In this document: one piece after another, positions 39,320 through 48,274 of the stretch
How positions within the stretch are numbered: position 1 is the stretch's first letter
Layout of the letters: each line of letters opens with the position of its first letter
Assembly: GCA_038884755.1 (NCBI GenBank)
Contig: JAWABJ010000001.1
Coordinates: forward strand, 636,953 to 700,952
Source of the DNA: Candidatus Norongarragalinales archaeon
GTDB lineage: Archaea > Micrarchaeota > Micrarchaeia > Norongarragalinales > Norongarragalinaceae
DNA length: 64,000 nucleotides
Direction of reading: 5' to 3'
Notes under the pieces: generated by a model
Told to the model about the DNA's origin: nothing
Seen by the model: the letters and a program-made list of their open reading frames with translations, nothing else
Database searches by the model: none
Position numbers and translations under genes: made by a program

Positions 39320-40455
39320 TTCATCAACTTCAAAAACTCTTCGAAATAAAACGCCGCGTCGTAAGGCCCGGGATTCGCTTCGGGATGGAATTGGATGGAA
39401 AAAGCAGGCAATTCTTTGTGGCGCAAGCCTTCGTTCGTGCCGTCCAAACAATTCACAAGCGTTTCCTCAGCTTCCTTAGGCAAAGACTTCGCGTCTACAG
39501 CATAACCGTGGTTTTGCGACGTAACGAACGCCCGTTCGGTATTAACATCCCTAACTGCGTGGTTCGCCCCGCGGTGTCCAAACTTCAGTTTGAACGTTTT
39601 AGCGCCCAACGCGCTCGCCAAAAGCTGGTGGCCCAAGCAAATGCCGAAAACAGGCTTTTTGCCCAACAGCTTTTTGATTTCAGCAACTTCCTTCGCACAA
39701 ACGACCGGATCTCCAGGCCCGTTCGAAAGCATAATCCCGTCAAAATCGTTTTTCAACACTTCTTCCGCCTTTGTGAAATGCGGAAATACTGTTACTGAAC
39801 AACCGCGTGCAAGCAAATTGTGCACTTGGCTTGTTTTAGCGCCGTAATCCATCAAAGCAACCCGGAATTTCTCGTTCTTGGCGGCAAAAGTCTGAAGCTT
39901 TTTCTCGCTCACCCTCTCGACGAAATTAACGCCAGCATAATCAAACTTTTCCAATTGCTTCAAAGCGTTTTCTTTCACGTTTCCGAAGTCGCTTTCGTTA
40001 ATCGCACCTTTCCAGGTAACTAATGCGGACGGCAAAACGCCGTGCTCACGAATCTTGCGCACAATCGCGCGCGAATCCACGCCAGCAATGCCCGAAACGC
40101 CTTGCTCTTTCAGCAATGCGTCGAGGCTCTTGCGTGAAGCGTAATGGGTTGGCGTTTTACAGGCTTCCCTCACTACAACGCCGTTAGCCCAAACTTTATT
40201 CTCGAAAGACTCGAAAGCGCTTTCGCCCACGCCGTAATTGCCTATCAACGGATACGCAAAAGTGAGAATTTGGCCGGCGTAAGAAGGGTCGGACAAAGAC
40301 TCTTGAAAGCCCATCATGGATGTAGTAAAAACAAGCTCGCCGGTCGAATAGCCTTCAGCGCCCAAGGCTTGGCCTAGAATTACGGAATTGTCGTCGAGAA
40401 ATAGAGCTGCGGACGCCTTAGAAAGAGAACGGGAGGAGACGGAAGACAACGGCAT
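39316..40455 (-). CDS. carA: carbamoyl-phosphate synthase small (glutaminase) subunit
   Basis: N-terminal CPSase small domain + class I GATase (GICLGHQ, HPE). Confidence 0.9.
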   Translation of the reverse strand: MPLSSVSSRSLSKASAALFLDDNSVILGQALGAEGYSTGELVFTTSMMGFQESLSDPSYAGQILTFAYPLIGNYGVGESAFESFENKVWANGVVVREACKTPTHYASRKSLDALLKEQGVSGIAGVDSRAIVRKIREHGVLPSALVTWKGAINESDFGNVKENALKQLEKFDYAGVNFVERVSEKKLQTFAAKNEKFRVALMDYGAKTSQVHNLLARGCSVTVFPHFTKAEEVLKNDFDGIMLSNGPGDPVVCAKEVAEIKKLLGKKPVFGICLGHQLLASALGAKTFKLKFGHRGANHAVRDVNTERAFVTSQNHGYAVDAKSLPKEAEETLVNCLDGTNEGLRHKELPAFSIQFHPEANPGPYDAAFYFEEFLKLMK

Positions 40456-40543
40456 GAAGCCGCCTGAAACACCTTCAACCCCACTAAACATAGCAATCTA
40501 AAATACTACTTTGCGGTGCAAGGAATAAAAGCCTTTGCGACTA

Positions 40544-40568
40544 GCACTGGAAAGCTACTCTAATTAAG
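40544..40568 (+). promoter_or_regulatory. CACTGGAAAGCTACTCT module + TAATTAAGTTTAAAAA TATA-like element ~25 nt upstream of MTase start; same 17-mer heads the two BHB-type rRNA introns upstream of their HEG ORFs
   Basis: 17/17 identity to 16S-intron 5' end (rc of 49684-49700) and 16/17 to 23S L2593 intron (rc of 44015-44031), each followed by A/T-rich TATA-like box and a start codon 30-60 nt downstream. Confidence 0.5.
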
Positions 40569-40589
40569 TTTAAAAACCCTGAATTAGTC

Positions 40590-41465
40590 GTGGTTAAGAC
40601 GAAGAAAATGATAAGCAAGTATTTGAATAAGCTCTATGTTAGAGACTGCCTTAGCTTCATGAAAGAGCTACCGGCAGGCAGCATAGACGTTATAGTAACT
40701 TCGCCACCATACAACATAGGCAAAGAGTACACTACCTACAAAGACGATAAAACTAGGATAGAGTATCTCGACTGGATGGAACAAGTAGCTATAGAGAGCA
40801 AACGAGTATTGAAAGAAAACGGCTCGTTCTTTCTTAATGTTGGCGGAAAACCGTCGGACCTTGCTATTCCTTACGATGTTGAAAACCGGTTTAGAAAATA
40901 CTTTGTCTTACAAAACGACATCATTTGGGTTAAATCAATAACAATCACTAAGGAAGATGTCGGCAAGTCTAATGGCTTAAGAAGTGACGTTTCGGTAGGT
41001 CACTATAAGCCGATTCAAAGCAACAGGTTCCTAAACAATTGCCACGAAAACATATTTCATTTTACTAAACATGGCAAAACAGAGGTAGACAAGCTTTCAA
41101 TTGGAGTGCCTTATCAATACAAATCTAACATAGAACGCTGGGGTAAGACAGAAGACAGAAGGGATAGGGGGGATGTTTGGTTTATCCCTTACGAAACGAT
41201 ACAAAGCCACAGACCACACCCGGCTACGTTTCCAGAAAAACTACCGCTAATGTGCATTAAACTACACGGAGTAAAGAAGGACATTGTAGTTTACGATCCA
41301 TTCATGGGAGTTGGAAACACGCCGTTGGCATGCCTAGAATTGGGAGTAAATTATATTGGCACCGACATCGATAAAGGATATGTTGAAATGGCTGAAGAGT
41401 TTATTCGAGAAAAGAAGGCTCAAGCCAGATTAGCTACAAAGCTCGTATCTCTTTCAGAAGAGTAA
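40590..41465 (+). CDS. beta-class DNA N4-cytosine/N6-adenine methyltransferase (SPPY motif; likely m4C)
   Basis: Motif IV VTSPPYN precedes motif I DPFMGVGNT (beta-class order); pfam N6_N4_Mtase-like; low-GC gene. Confidence 0.8.
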   Translation: MVKTKKMISKYLNKLYVRDCLSFMKELPAGSIDVIVTSPPYNIGKEYTTYKDDKTRIEYLDWMEQVAIESKRVLKENGSFFLNVGGKPSDLAIPYDVENRFRKYFVLQNDIIWVKSITITKEDVGKSNGLRSDVSVGHYKPIQSNRFLNNCHENIFHFTKHGKTEVDKLSIGVPYQYKSNIERWGKTEDRRDRGDVWFIPYETIQSHRPHPATFPEKLPLMCIKLHGVKKDIVVYDPFMGVGNTPLACLELGVNYIGTDIDKGYVEMAEEFIREKKAQARLATKLVSLSEE

Positions 41466-41916
41466 GCGCTTTTTTACGAGAAATTTTCGTAGTAGTGCTT
41501 AATTTTTTATCGTTCCACCATTCAAGCACTTGCCCAACAGGGACGATCCAAAAAGGAATATCTGGAAAAGATTCGATGTCAGAAATTATGAAACCTTCAA
41601 TTTCTCTAAGTTTCTTGAGAAAGCCTTCTTTGCCAAAAGACCGCCCAGAGCCAACCATGTAACTAGGCGAGAAGTAAATACCAGCCTTTGTGATGCTTCG
41701 AACTTCCCACTTGCCGCCTTTAGAATCTAAAAGGTCAAAACCTGCCCCTTCGCTTGGTGCAAGTTTACCATGCAAAACCTCGTAAGCAAGACGACGCTCT
41801 AACAAAAACGAAACGCGCCTCCCGTCAGTGAAGTAAAGCCTAACATCTGCTTCAGTTATTTTGAGAGCATTAGCTATCGCTTTAATATTCCAAGTAAACT
41901 TGCCGCTTGCTTTCAT
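41434..41916 (-). CDS. small putative restriction endonuclease (PD-(D/E)xK-like), convergent with and overlapping 3' end of MTase gene
   Basis: 160 aa, GFDLLDSKGGKWEVRSITK resembles D...(E/D)xK catalytic core of small type IIP REases (PvuII-size class); no database confirmation possible. Confidence 0.4.
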   Translation of the reverse strand: MKASGKFTWNIKAIANALKITEADVRLYFTDGRRVSFLLERRLAYEVLHGKLAPSEGAGFDLLDSKGGKWEVRSITKAGIYFSPSYMVGSGRSFGKEGFLKKLREIEGFIISDIESFPDIPFWIVPVGQVLEWWNDKKLSTTTKISRKKALTLLKEIRAL

Positions 41917-41964
41917 GAAAGAATAAACTAAAAGGGAATTTAAATAAACCCCTAAAAAAAAGGG

Positions 41965-42924
41965 TTAGCGGACTTTGAATTTACTTTTTATCCCCGCCTG
42001 TTCAAAGTGTTCTTTAAGCGAATCTATAAGAGCTTCAGTCATTGAATTTATTGCCTTGTGGCTAGTCCCCATCGCACCCCATTCACAGTCTGTGGACCAT
42101 TGTTCCGATTTCATTTTTGGAATAATGCGCAAAATCTTTTCAAAGGTTTCAGCGGTTATTTCCTTGTTTGGATCAACATAGTTAAGTACGATGTATCGAA
42201 ATAGCTTATTCATCACAAACACTCCGGTCCGTCTGAACAAAACATATTTTGTGGGCTGGGCATGTGCTTCAGAACAAATGTTTCTTATCGCAATCCAATA
42301 GTGATCTAGCATTTTTTCTAATATTTCGGTTGGCGTTCCTTTTAGATCGGATTTGAATATCGGCTCAAGAGAATCGGTAAATGCCTTTTGATTAATAAAT
42401 GCCCCAGATCTCGGTTCTTCGTTAGCCATCTGGATTCGGGTAGACCACACTTTTGAGGATCTATTTAGATATTCTGCTATTGCTAAAGCGTGCGGCTTCC
42501 AGTCAATACCACTAATTACTTGTTGAGGAAGGTTTGCCTTTGATACCCCGATCGTCCCTCCAAATTCTTCCTTTATATGAGGAAGAAACTGCTCTGCTAG
42601 ATCAGTTGGAACGCCTCGTTGAGTTTTATTCATTATAACAAACTGCAGCATCTCAGTGAACTCGATATTTTTTAGACCAGCGGCTTTAGGATCAACCCAC
42701 AAATTCGGACAGATTATTATTACTGGAAAAGGGTATTCTTCAACTCGTTCATCTCCAGGAGGAAAGGAATCGATGAGTTTTCGAAGACCGGCTATCCTGT
42801 GTTGGCCATCAACTTGCCAAAGTTTCTGATTAGGTGGCAAACGAATTTCGCCAAAACTACCGTTAACTTTCTTGAAGATAGGCGTTTTGTCTCTGGAATA
42901 GGCGCTGACTTTTCTTTTTTTCAC
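41965..42924 (-). CDS. DGQHR-domain protein (DndB-like / ParB-Srx superfamily)
   Basis: Diagnostic motif WQVDGQHRIAGL near N-terminus; 319 aa; 48 nt upstream of the small nuclease gene on the same strand. Confidence 0.6.
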   Translation of the reverse strand: MKKRKVSAYSRDKTPIFKKVNGSFGEIRLPPNQKLWQVDGQHRIAGLRKLIDSFPPGDERVEEYPFPVIIICPNLWVDPKAAGLKNIEFTEMLQFVIMNKTQRGVPTDLAEQFLPHIKEEFGGTIGVSKANLPQQVISGIDWKPHALAIAEYLNRSSKVWSTRIQMANEEPRSGAFINQKAFTDSLEPIFKSDLKGTPTEILEKMLDHYWIAIRNICSEAHAQPTKYVLFRRTGVFVMNKLFRYIVLNYVDPNKEITAETFEKILRIIPKMKSEQWSTDCEWGAMGTSHKAINSMTEALIDSLKEHFEQAGIKSKFKVR

Positions 42925-43273
42925 GCTGTGCAGGTTTTCTCGAGGGGTAGTCTCACGATTAGAAACATCAAAGCTTTACAGCTCTGCTTCCAAACAATTG
43001 TGAGGTTATGGTCGTTAGTAACGCTCGGCTGAACACCTCGCTTGCGCTTGGTGCGTACACCTGCGTCCTATCAAACTCATCTGCTATGAGTGACCTAAGC
43101 CGCTTCGTTTCAGGATTGGCTTCGTCCTTAGCTAGGCAGCAGTTTTTCCAAGGTTTTTTTCCTACGGAAAAAAAGCTTATGCCTTCAGGACTTATCCTAA
43201 TGGCGCGTGGCTACCCTGCTTGCTTGCAAACAACAGGCGAACCAGAGGCGCCGGATCGATGTTCCTCTCGTAC

Positions 43274-43975
43274 TTATCGATCCTTCCCTTCAAGCGGCCA
43301 AACAATCCTAAAAGATGCAACCGAACTGTCTATGTCGCCTCTTCTAGAACGCTTAAGCAATTCAAAACGAAACACTTTATCCGGATGAGCCGAATCAAAA
43401 CAATCGTAAAACTTCAACACTTGCTCGCTCCCGTGAACCATCAACGCAAACATTTGCGTTTGGCTTCCTTTCTTAACGTACGGCCCGCAAACGCGTCCGC
43501 AGCGAACTCCGAATTCGGAAACGATTTCCTTTATTTCGCCCAGAACACCCTGGTTGGCTTGAGCCAAATAAACCCGAATGTCCTTTTCAGGAATGTTCAA
43601 AGTCGTTTTCTCGAAGGAATTAACGCTTCCCTCCGCATCGAAAAAACCCCGGACGTAAGCCGCCTTAAGTTCTCCAGAGCCTTTTGAAATCCACGTTGGG
43701 GTTAGCCAAGTGGATTGGTCTCCGTTGAATTCAGCGAACTTCGAAAGTTCTTGAAAAACTTTCTTGGAAGTAATGCTCAAACACCAAACGCCATGCCGCT
43801 CGTCGAAGTAAAAGCTAGCGTTCTTGCCGAAATTCCTTTCGAGAATTCCGGCCAAAAGCTCGAGCCATCGTTTGCTCTTTTGGTAAAACCCGATTCGATA
43901 AATGCCTTGTTCAGGAATGCTCGTGATGTTTCCATCACGCAAGGCTCCGATCAAGTAAGCGATTTCTTCATTCAC
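43274..43975 (-). CDS. double-motif LAGLIDADG homing endonuclease (GTG start assumed at 43975; last 19 codons run past the 3' splice site into exon 2)
   Basis: Motifs LIGALRDGN and GFFDAEGSV; ORF-track N-terminal 78 codons (43976-44209) are translated 23S exon/intron-5' sequence and rejected. Confidence 0.7.
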   Translation of the reverse strand: MNEEIAYLIGALRDGNITSIPEQGIYRIGFYQKSKRWLELLAGILERNFGKNASFYFDERHGVWCLSITSKKVFQELSKFAEFNGDQSTWLTPTWISKGSGELKAAYVRGFFDAEGSVNSFEKTTLNIPEKDIRVYLAQANQGVLGEIKEIVSEFGVRCGRVCGPYVKKGSQTQMFALMVHGSEQVLKFYDCFDSAHPDKVFRFELLKRSRRGDIDSSVASFRIVWPLEGKDR

Positions 43976-44070
43976 GATTAATCCGAAATCTTCCTCTGCT
44001 TTTAAATCTTGAGAGAGTGGCTTTCCAGTGCTTCCAGTGAATTGCCTATGATTGTGCGTTCTAAAAGAGG
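43331..44070 (-). mobile_element. archaeal (bulge-helix-bulge type) intron in 23S at the I-CreI-like site (E. coli ~2593), carrying a LAGLIDADG ORF
   Basis: Splits AACGUCGCGA|GACAGUUCGG; intron termini CCUCUUUUAGAACGC...GCGUUCUAGAAGAGG are complementary (long terminal helix typical of archaeal rRNA introns); no group I core elements. Confidence 0.7.
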
Positions 44071-44191
44071 TCGCGACGTTCTGAACCCAACTAACGTAGG
44101 TCTTTAATGGATGAACAACCCAACCCTTGGTGGCTCCTGCACCACCAGGATGACCTGAGCCGATAGCGATGTACCAAACCGCGGTGTCGAT

Positions 44192-44393
44192 TTGTCCTTT
44201 GCAGAACAATCTTTCCCGCCCCCTACGCGTTGAGCGTCAGAGTTCAAACCGGTCACTAACATCTTTTGCGAGAGATTACCTAAACCTAACCAGCATGGAT
44301 GCCAGTGTCGGTTTAAACGAAGACTGATCGCTCAAAACACGGGGTTGAAAAAGAAAGTTCCATTCGCCTTTCAAATGAAAGAAAGGGGAAAAA
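44192..44393 (-). mobile_element. ~200-nt insertion in 23S between GAGAGUUCAU and AUCGACACCGCGG (E. coli ~2500 site); ORF-less, type undetermined
   Basis: Flanking exon sequences align to conserved domain V; insert lacks group I R/S elements; contains CCUUUC...GAAAGG hairpin. Confidence 0.5.
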
Positions 44394-44517
44394 ATGAACT
44401 CTCAACCGCGACGAGCCTGTTACCCCCGGGGTAGCTTGTCTGTCAGAATGAGCCCTCATTAAAAGGGCATCATTGTTCGTTAAGCCCTGCTTTCGCACCT
44501 GCGACCCATAAAACAGA

Positions 44518-44555
44518 TTTTTCTTTACTTGATTTTTCTTTCGTAAAGAAAAATC
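44518..44555. repeat. hairpin-repeat insertion in 23S: UUUUUCUUUACUUGAUUUUUCUUUCGUAAAGAAAAAUC
   Basis: Near-identical (35/38) to copy in 16S at 49958-49997. Confidence 0.7.
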
Positions 44556-44984
44556 ATTTGTTAAGATCACAGTCAATCCAGCATTTGTCTTTGACCCTCT
44601 ACAACGCATTTCTAACGCGTCTGAGCTGAATATTGGGCGCCTTTGTTATCTTTTCGAAGGCGTGCCGCCCCAGCCAAACCACCCACCTGCAGCTGTCTTT
44701 CTTTCGAAATGAGCAATGCAGTCGAAAAATAGCAGTGTCACACTTTCGCCTATCGCACTCCCGGAAGAGTGCGCTTGACGGCTCCTGCTTACGCTTTGAT
44801 TCTCCAACCGAATTACAACAACAGGCTGTGGTTAAGCTCCACGGGGTCTTCGTTTCCCTTTAGGATTCCTCGGCATGTTCACCGAGAAGTAGGTTCACCA
44901 GGTCCAAGGTAGGGACAGCAAGACAGTCGTTACGCCATTCATGCAAGCCGCCAATTAAGCGGCGAGGTACTACGCTACCTTAAG

Positions 44985-45709
44985 CAACTTTTCGTATGCA
45001 TTTTGCACTGAAAAGCTGGACTATATCTTCACCGTCTTAGGGTGTTCGGCGTATAGTCTCTGAGGATCCTGTCTTTGCGTCCAACTCTTGCATTATTTCA
45101 TCCAAAGTGCTCTTGCGTTGTTTTCCTTCCAAATTCATTCGGAAGGCCAAGCGCACGAGTTTTTTGAACGAGTCAAGGTCGGAATGCTCTTTTCTTTCTA
45201 ACGCTTCAACAATTTCCTTGAACAGAAGAAAGTCTTTCTCTTTCGAGACAAGCGGATACTTGTCGAAAAAAGGAATTACTTTCTCCGCCAACTGCCTTCG
45301 GTTGTCTACAACGAACTGCATTAATTCCGGTTGACCGTGTTTTTCCACGACCCTTCCGCAAGAAAGCCTGCTTCGGAATAAATCCAAAACCGCTTGTCCT
45401 TGCTTGTGTTGGGTTACGTGAAAAACCGGGTCTAAAACCAACCCGAATTTTGCAGTGTCTTCTTGTTTTAAAGACACGTTGAAACAACCTTCAGCGTCGG
45501 CGAATCCGCTCAAGAAAAAATCGGCGTTTCTTCCTTTCGTGAGTTTACTCAACCCAGCCATAGGCAACCACCTTTTTGGTTCTTTTAAAATTACAGTTTC
45601 CTGCTGATAGCATTCAACGTTTCAAGCTCTTTTCCTTACTCAGGGTCTTGAAACTCCCGCGTTCCAGCATACAGCCGAATTTAGCGACTCCCTTTAACTT
45701 GATTGCTCA
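44985..45709 (-). mobile_element. group I-like intron in 23S (E. coli ~1917 site) carrying LAGLIDADG ORF
   Basis: 5' exon ends ...GACUCU (U at -1) pairing with internal guide GGGAGUC (U:G at splice site); P-like AACGCGGGAG, Q-like UAUCAGCAGG, R-like CAGAGACUAUACG, S element AAGAUAUAGUCC (exact consensus), P9 hairpin, terminal G; ligated exons restore ..UAACUCUGACUCU|CUUAAGGUAGCG. Confidence 0.7.
45037..45567 (-). CDS. single-motif LAGLIDADG homing endonuclease (TTG/ATG start), encoded from P6 region through P7/P8 of the group I intron
   Basis: LSGFADAEGCF motif; 176 aa; R element encoded as ...SETIRR..., stop codon in P8 loop. Confidence 0.75.
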   Translation of the reverse strand: MPMAGLSKLTKGRNADFFLSGFADAEGCFNVSLKQEDTAKFGLVLDPVFHVTQHKQGQAVLDLFRSRLSCGRVVEKHGQPELMQFVVDNRRQLAEKVIPFFDKYPLVSKEKDFLLFKEIVEALERKEHSDLDSFKKLVRLAFRMNLEGKQRKSTLDEIMQELDAKTGSSETIRRTP

Positions 45710-46023
45710 AGAGTCAGAGTTACTCCCGCTCTTTGCCAGTCCTTTGCTCCCTTGAAAAGGAGTTTGAGATACTGGTAGTGAGCAGGCGTCAACCATCGTA
45801 CTCAACCTTTCGGTTTTGCGATGATTTGTGTTTTTGATAAACAGTCGCTGTCTCCTTGCCACTGCGACCTACAAACCCCCAATCGACAAAGTCTATGGAA
45901 GAATGTAGGCAGCCCTTCTTCCGAAGTTACGGGCCTAGATTGCCGAATTCCCTTACCATGGTTCTCCTGCCACGCCTTGGCTTGCTCTGCCAGGACCACC
46001 TTTCAGTAAAAAATTTCTTTGGG

Positions 46024-46063
46024 TTTTCTTTACTGAATTTTTCTTTTCCCAAAAGAAAAATTC
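46024..46063. repeat. hairpin-repeat insertion in 23S: UUUUCUUUACUGAAUUUUUCUUUUCCCAAAAGAAAAAUUC
   Basis: Shares UUUCUUUACU-N-AAUUUUUCUUU...AAAGAAAAAUU module with 44518 and 49958 copies. Confidence 0.65.
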
Positions 46064-47920
46064 TTGTACTGGTTCTGGGTACGGACACTCGAGATCACTC
46101 CCGCTCCATTTTCACGGACTCTAGGATTCAGCCCAACCCCCTTGCGGAGGCCATTCCCAGCTTCAACGAGTGCTCCTCATTACGAGACTTCCCCGTTGTA
46201 TTCAAGTTAACAACGATGCGCGTTGTGGGCCTATCCCTAAGCGTTTGGATGCGGGCTTGCGTTGCCGCACTTACTCAAGTGGTACGCGAATGTTAACGCG
46301 TTTCCCTTTCGACATCACTGTCGTTTAGTCTTAGGACCGACTTACTCTTGGTCGACTAACGTTGCCAAGAAACCCTTAGTCCTTTCGGCGTCCAGGATTC
46401 ACACCTGGAATAGTTGCTACTAGCACCAAGATCTTCATTGCAATCCGCTCCACAAGACCTCACGGCCTTGCTTCTGCGCGAACTGCACGCCCCTCTACTA
46501 AATCACGCTCAACAAAGCGTGTTCTGAAGTATCGGCGAACTGCTTAGTCCCGAGAGTTTACAACGCTCCAGTCCTTGATGGGTCCGCTGTTACGCGTTGT
46601 TTAAAGGATGGCAGCTTCTGTTCCTACCTCCCCACTGTCTGAGAACCGAAACGTCTTGAAGAACACTCAGCAGTTTCTTAGGGGCCTTAACTCCAGTAAG
46701 CGTCTTTACGCCCTCGCCGCACGCGCTTAACTCATGCGGCCAACTCCTGTCTTCTACAACGTCGTTAGCTTCGGAGTTTGATAGCAAAGTGAGGGCTTTC
46801 GCCCCCGTGCTTCGCAATCGGTAGCTCTACCTAACGACAATCTCCAACAGGGCTGAACTGCGGTTCACTTCGAAGGGAACCCGCTATCGCCAAGCTCGAA
46901 TGCACTTTCATCCCTAAACGCGAGTCACCCAAGAGGCTAGACCATCACTGGTTTCGGGCTTCCACCACCCTGAAGGGCGGCTTCACCCTGCTCACGCTTA
47001 GATCGCTTTGGCTTCGGGTCTCACGAGAGTGACTTGACGCCGGTTAAGACGTTCTCCCTCGCACCTTGCGGTGTTGCGGAGTTTTCGCTTTCGCTATGCA
47101 CAATGCTTGCCACTCTCGTGAACTCCTTGGCTCTTGCTTCAAGAAGTACGACACGACCCCGTGCCCTCTTCGGGCCTTTCGGGCCGAGTCTTCATGTCGC
47201 CTTACAATTTCAGGCACTTTTAACGCCGCTTTCGCGGTGCTTTTCAGTTTTCCCTCACGGTACTGAATTCGCTATCGGTCTTGAGTTGTATTTTAGGGTT
47301 GCAAGTTAATACTCGCGTTTTCACACAGCCAATCCAGGCTATGCTACTCTGGAATTCCTCCCATCCCCTTTCGGTTCGCTTACACGGCTTTCACGTTCTA
47401 AAGCGGCATTTTCCAATGCCCTTCAGCTCTCGATCGGGGATTAAAAGAAGGAACCCAAACTCCACATTTCTACTCTCTTTGCAGAGAGGATTCGGTTTGC
47501 CCTGATGCGCTTTCGTTCGCACTAATCACGCAATCCCTATTGGTTTCTCTTCCTCCGCTTACTAAGATATTTCAATTCAGCGGGTGTGCGCTCTTTCCAG
47601 AGCATTCGGGAACCTTGGGTTCAAAGCCTGCATGCGGCTACCCCAAGCTTTTCGCAGCTTGCCACGCCCTTCGTCGCCACTCAAGCCAAACCATCCACTG
47701 TAAGGCTTTGCAACAACTACTCCTCGATAAACCTGCACAGCTTCATGAAAATATGCACTCTTGCGAGTGCATTAAATCAGCACTTCGAATTCAAACGCCC
47801 GTGCAAGGGGTCTTGCTTTGAATTCTGTTTTCTTCGCCCGCAAACCGTTTTGAGGCGGTCAGCGGACACACGCATTTTCCTGTGATTTCCGCGCTCCGGT
47901 TTTTTCCGGCGGTTTTTCTT

Positions 47921-47977
47921 TTTTTGCTTTTCTTTCTTTACTTAATTTTTTCTTTCTTTCGCAAAAAGAAAGAAAGG
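47921..47977. repeat. TTTCTTTC...GAAAGAAA hairpin repeat copy in the 16S-23S spacer (UUUUUUCUUUCUUUCGCAAAAAGAAAGAAAGG)
   Basis: Perfect palindromic stem; member of family also at 44518-44555, 46024-46063, 49958-49997, 33777-33801, and inside tRNA introns at 19268-19326, 19917-20031, 20051-20190, 27541-27585. Confidence 0.7.
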
Positions 47978-47981
47978 TTAG

Positions 47982-48053
47982 TGGACTCGGTGGGATTTGA
48001 ACCCACGGCCTCCTGCTTGCAAAGCAGGCGCGCTGCCACTGCGCCACGAGCCC
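47982..48053 (-). tRNA. tRNA-Ala (UGC) in the 16S-23S spacer
   Basis: Acceptor GGGCUCG/CGAGUCC with G3:U70 identity pair, anticodon loop UUUGCAA, T-arm GUGGG-UUCAAAU-CCCAC; classic archaeal ITS tRNA. Confidence 0.85.
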
Positions 48054-48274
48054 ACTCGCAGCGCGCGGCTGTCAATTATTATGACAGGGGAACGAAGAGA
48101 GGCGAATGAAATTTGCAAAACGCTTTTTTGATCAAACTTTTTTCGAAAAAAAGTTTGTCCATTGCAGAGTTAGACTTAAAGGATAGCTTCTATCCTCCGT
48201 TTTACTTTGCCCAAATTAGTTCCCGGAACAAATGGAGGTGATCTAACCGCAGGTTCCCCTACGGTTACCTTGTT

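Larger units (their letters stand above)
42998..47715 (-). rRNA. rrl: 23S rRNA gene interrupted by three insertions (L1917 group I intron, ~L2500 insertion, L2593 BHB-type intron); ends approximate
   Basis: Minus-strand matches to universal 23S segments: 5' GUGGAUGG..GGC (47700s), GACGCCUGCUCACUACC (~1800s), GGUAGCGUAGUACCUCGCCGCUUAAUUGGCGGCUUGCAUGAAUGGCGUAACGA, GGGGUAACAGGCUCGUCG, GAGAGUUCAU, AACGUCGCGA|GACAGUUCGG, sarcin-ricin AGUACGAGAGGAAC, 3' end ..ACCUCACAA. Confidence 0.9.

Noticed and set aside
43976-44209. N-terminal 78 codons of ORF 43274-44209
   Set aside because: Translated from 23S exon sequence (conserved domain V) and intron 5' leader; the real endonuclease probably starts at the GTG just before the first LAGLIDADG motif
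45640-45670. Segment GUCGCUAAAUUCGGCUGUAUGCUGGAACGCGGG as duplicated 23S exon
   Set aside because: Resembles the GGUAGCGAAAUUCC exon region but is part of the group I intron 5' region (IGS/P2-P4); the true exon copy is at 44941-44984
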